From the NCBI GenBank assembly GCA_963783575.1, contig CAWAOD010000011.1, positions 64,001 through 128,000 on the forward strand: 64,000 nucleotides of DNA, written 5' to 3'. The stretch is from an uncultured Spirochaetota bacterium (GTDB lineage: Bacteria > Spirochaetota > Brevinematia > Brevinematales > JAOACQ01). Position numbers and translations under genes: made by a program. The notes beneath the pieces are model-generated. The model saw nothing but the letters and a program-made list of their open reading frames with translations, was not told where the DNA came from and made no database searches. Positions 62,833 through 64,000 of the stretch are shown piece after piece. Position 1 is the stretch's first letter. Every line of letters begins with the position of its first letter.

Positions 62833-64000
62833 AATCCACTCCATTCATAAAAGATTTTGCCAGCCTGGTGCCGAAATCGGCATGAGATTCATTATTAAGG
62901 GTCATTTCTTTAACAATCCTTGAGGATGGAAGGAGCGTTTTGTCATGAATTTTTAATTTCTGGGATAAGATGATGTTCAAAAACCTGTTTGAGTCATTAT
63001 TACTGTCAAGTAAATCTGCAACAAGTATCATCCTGGTAAGTATTTCTTCGGCCCAATCGGTCAAACCGGCTTTAATCCCATTGTCTTTTATAAGCTCAAT
63101 CCCGTTTTTCCTTCCATAAAGGGCCGTCAATTCATCATTTTCTTTGATTATCTTCAAATCTCCGCCGGATAAATAGCCGCTTTCCATAAACAAGCAATAA
63201 AGAAGAAACATGTGATAAAAATAGAGCTGATCAAGACTTATACCCTCCCGGTAAAACGGGTTCAAATCGACAGATCGAATTTCTATATAGCTGACACCGC
63301 CGGATTTGAGATTATCCAGATGGGACTCACCTTTATGAGCTGCCGATTTAATCCTGACCGGGGAATAAAACTCGCTTTCTTTCTGTAAAACATGAGGGTT
63401 CAGCTGGATCTGCCTGCCTCCTCTGCAAACGCCGATTTTTTTATATTCTTTAGAATCGGTAATTAATGATTTTTCCAGATCCTCGGTATATTCATCCAGG
63501 CTGTTATACGATACTCTAACTTCTTCCTGCTTGCCCGATGAATATCCGAAACTGCTCATTCTTAAAGAAGCTGTGAAATATTTGAGATTTTGAATTTTTT
63601 TGAATCCGCCCGGAATATCAATAAAACTTATATCAGCGGTAGGCGATGCTCCGAAAAGATAAATCAAAAGCCAGCGGTAGCGGAGAAAATTCCTCGCGAT
63701 AGAAAAATAGCTTTTATCAATGAAAACTTGTCTCTCAATACCCGGATTTAAGGCATCAATTAAAAAATCCCAGAACTCGCCGGGGAAAGAAAAATTATAA
63801 TGAATCCCGGAAATCATCTGCATTTTTTTCCCATATCGCAGTGACAAACCGTTTCTGTATATTTCGTTTATTCTGCCCTGTGCTGTTCCGTTAAACTTTG
63901 CTATGGGTATTTTATCCTTATCCGGCAGATGCGGCGGCATACTGAGAGGCCATAGGAATTCTCCGTCAAGATTTTCCAGAATAAAGCCCTGTATTTCACT
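62804..64000 (-). CDS. gshA: Glutamate--cysteine ligase (N-terminal half of GshF), 5'-partial
   Basis: WPLSMPP, YGKKMQMISGIHYNFS, SLRMS, ESEFYSPVR, YIEIRSVDLNPF. Confidence 0.9.
   Translation of the reverse strand, partial: SEIQGFILENLDGEFLWPLSMPPHLPDKDKIPIAKFNGTAQGRINEIYRNGLSLRYGKKMQMISGIHYNFSFPGEFWDFLIDALNPGIERQVFIDKSYFSIARNFLRYRWLLIYLFGASPTADISFIDIPGGFKKIQNLKYFTASLRMSSFGYSSGKQEEVRVSYNSLDEYTEDLEKSLITDSKEYKKIGVCRGGRQIQLNPHVLQKESEFYSPVRIKSAAHKGESHLDNLKSGGVSYIEIRSVDLNPFYREGISLDQLYFYHMFLLYCLFMESGYLSGGDLKIIKENDELTALYGRKNGIELIKDNGIKAGLTDWAEEILTRMILVADLLDSNNDSNRFLNIILSQKLKIHDKTLLPSSRIVKEMTLNNESHADFGTRLAKSFMNGVDYEYTRKKIS

Overview
AT-rich bacterial chromosome segment. The gene content is diderm-like (TolC, TonB, BamA-like); a spirochaete origin is only a guess. 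The left 5.2 kb is the tnsA-tnsB-tnsC-tniQ end of a Tn7-like transposon. Its terminus (TGT plus three 20-bp-spaced repeats) lies inside the last codons of an rlmD/rumA gene, and both tnsA and tnsB are broken. The rest is mostly housekeeping and accessory genes: two CNNM/HlyC proteins, a DegT aminotransferase, three RibD_C proteins with an MFS transporter, BlaI/BlaR1, RND/TolC, gltX, glnS, tRNA-Gly, pgi, sod, a PIF1-WYL helicase, a frameshift-riddled caa3-type oxidase operon, cysE and a split GshF. Notable non-coding structure: (i) an IS110 element inserted in the cysE Shine-Dalgarno, with resolvable ends, a circle-junction promoter and an apparently antisense bridge-RNA-like ncRNA; (ii) a GIY-YIG gene between two 127-bp promoter-carrying direct repeats; (iii) two dispersed palindromic repeat families. 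Several frameshifts may be sequencing errors. All calls come from reading the sequence; no searches were run.
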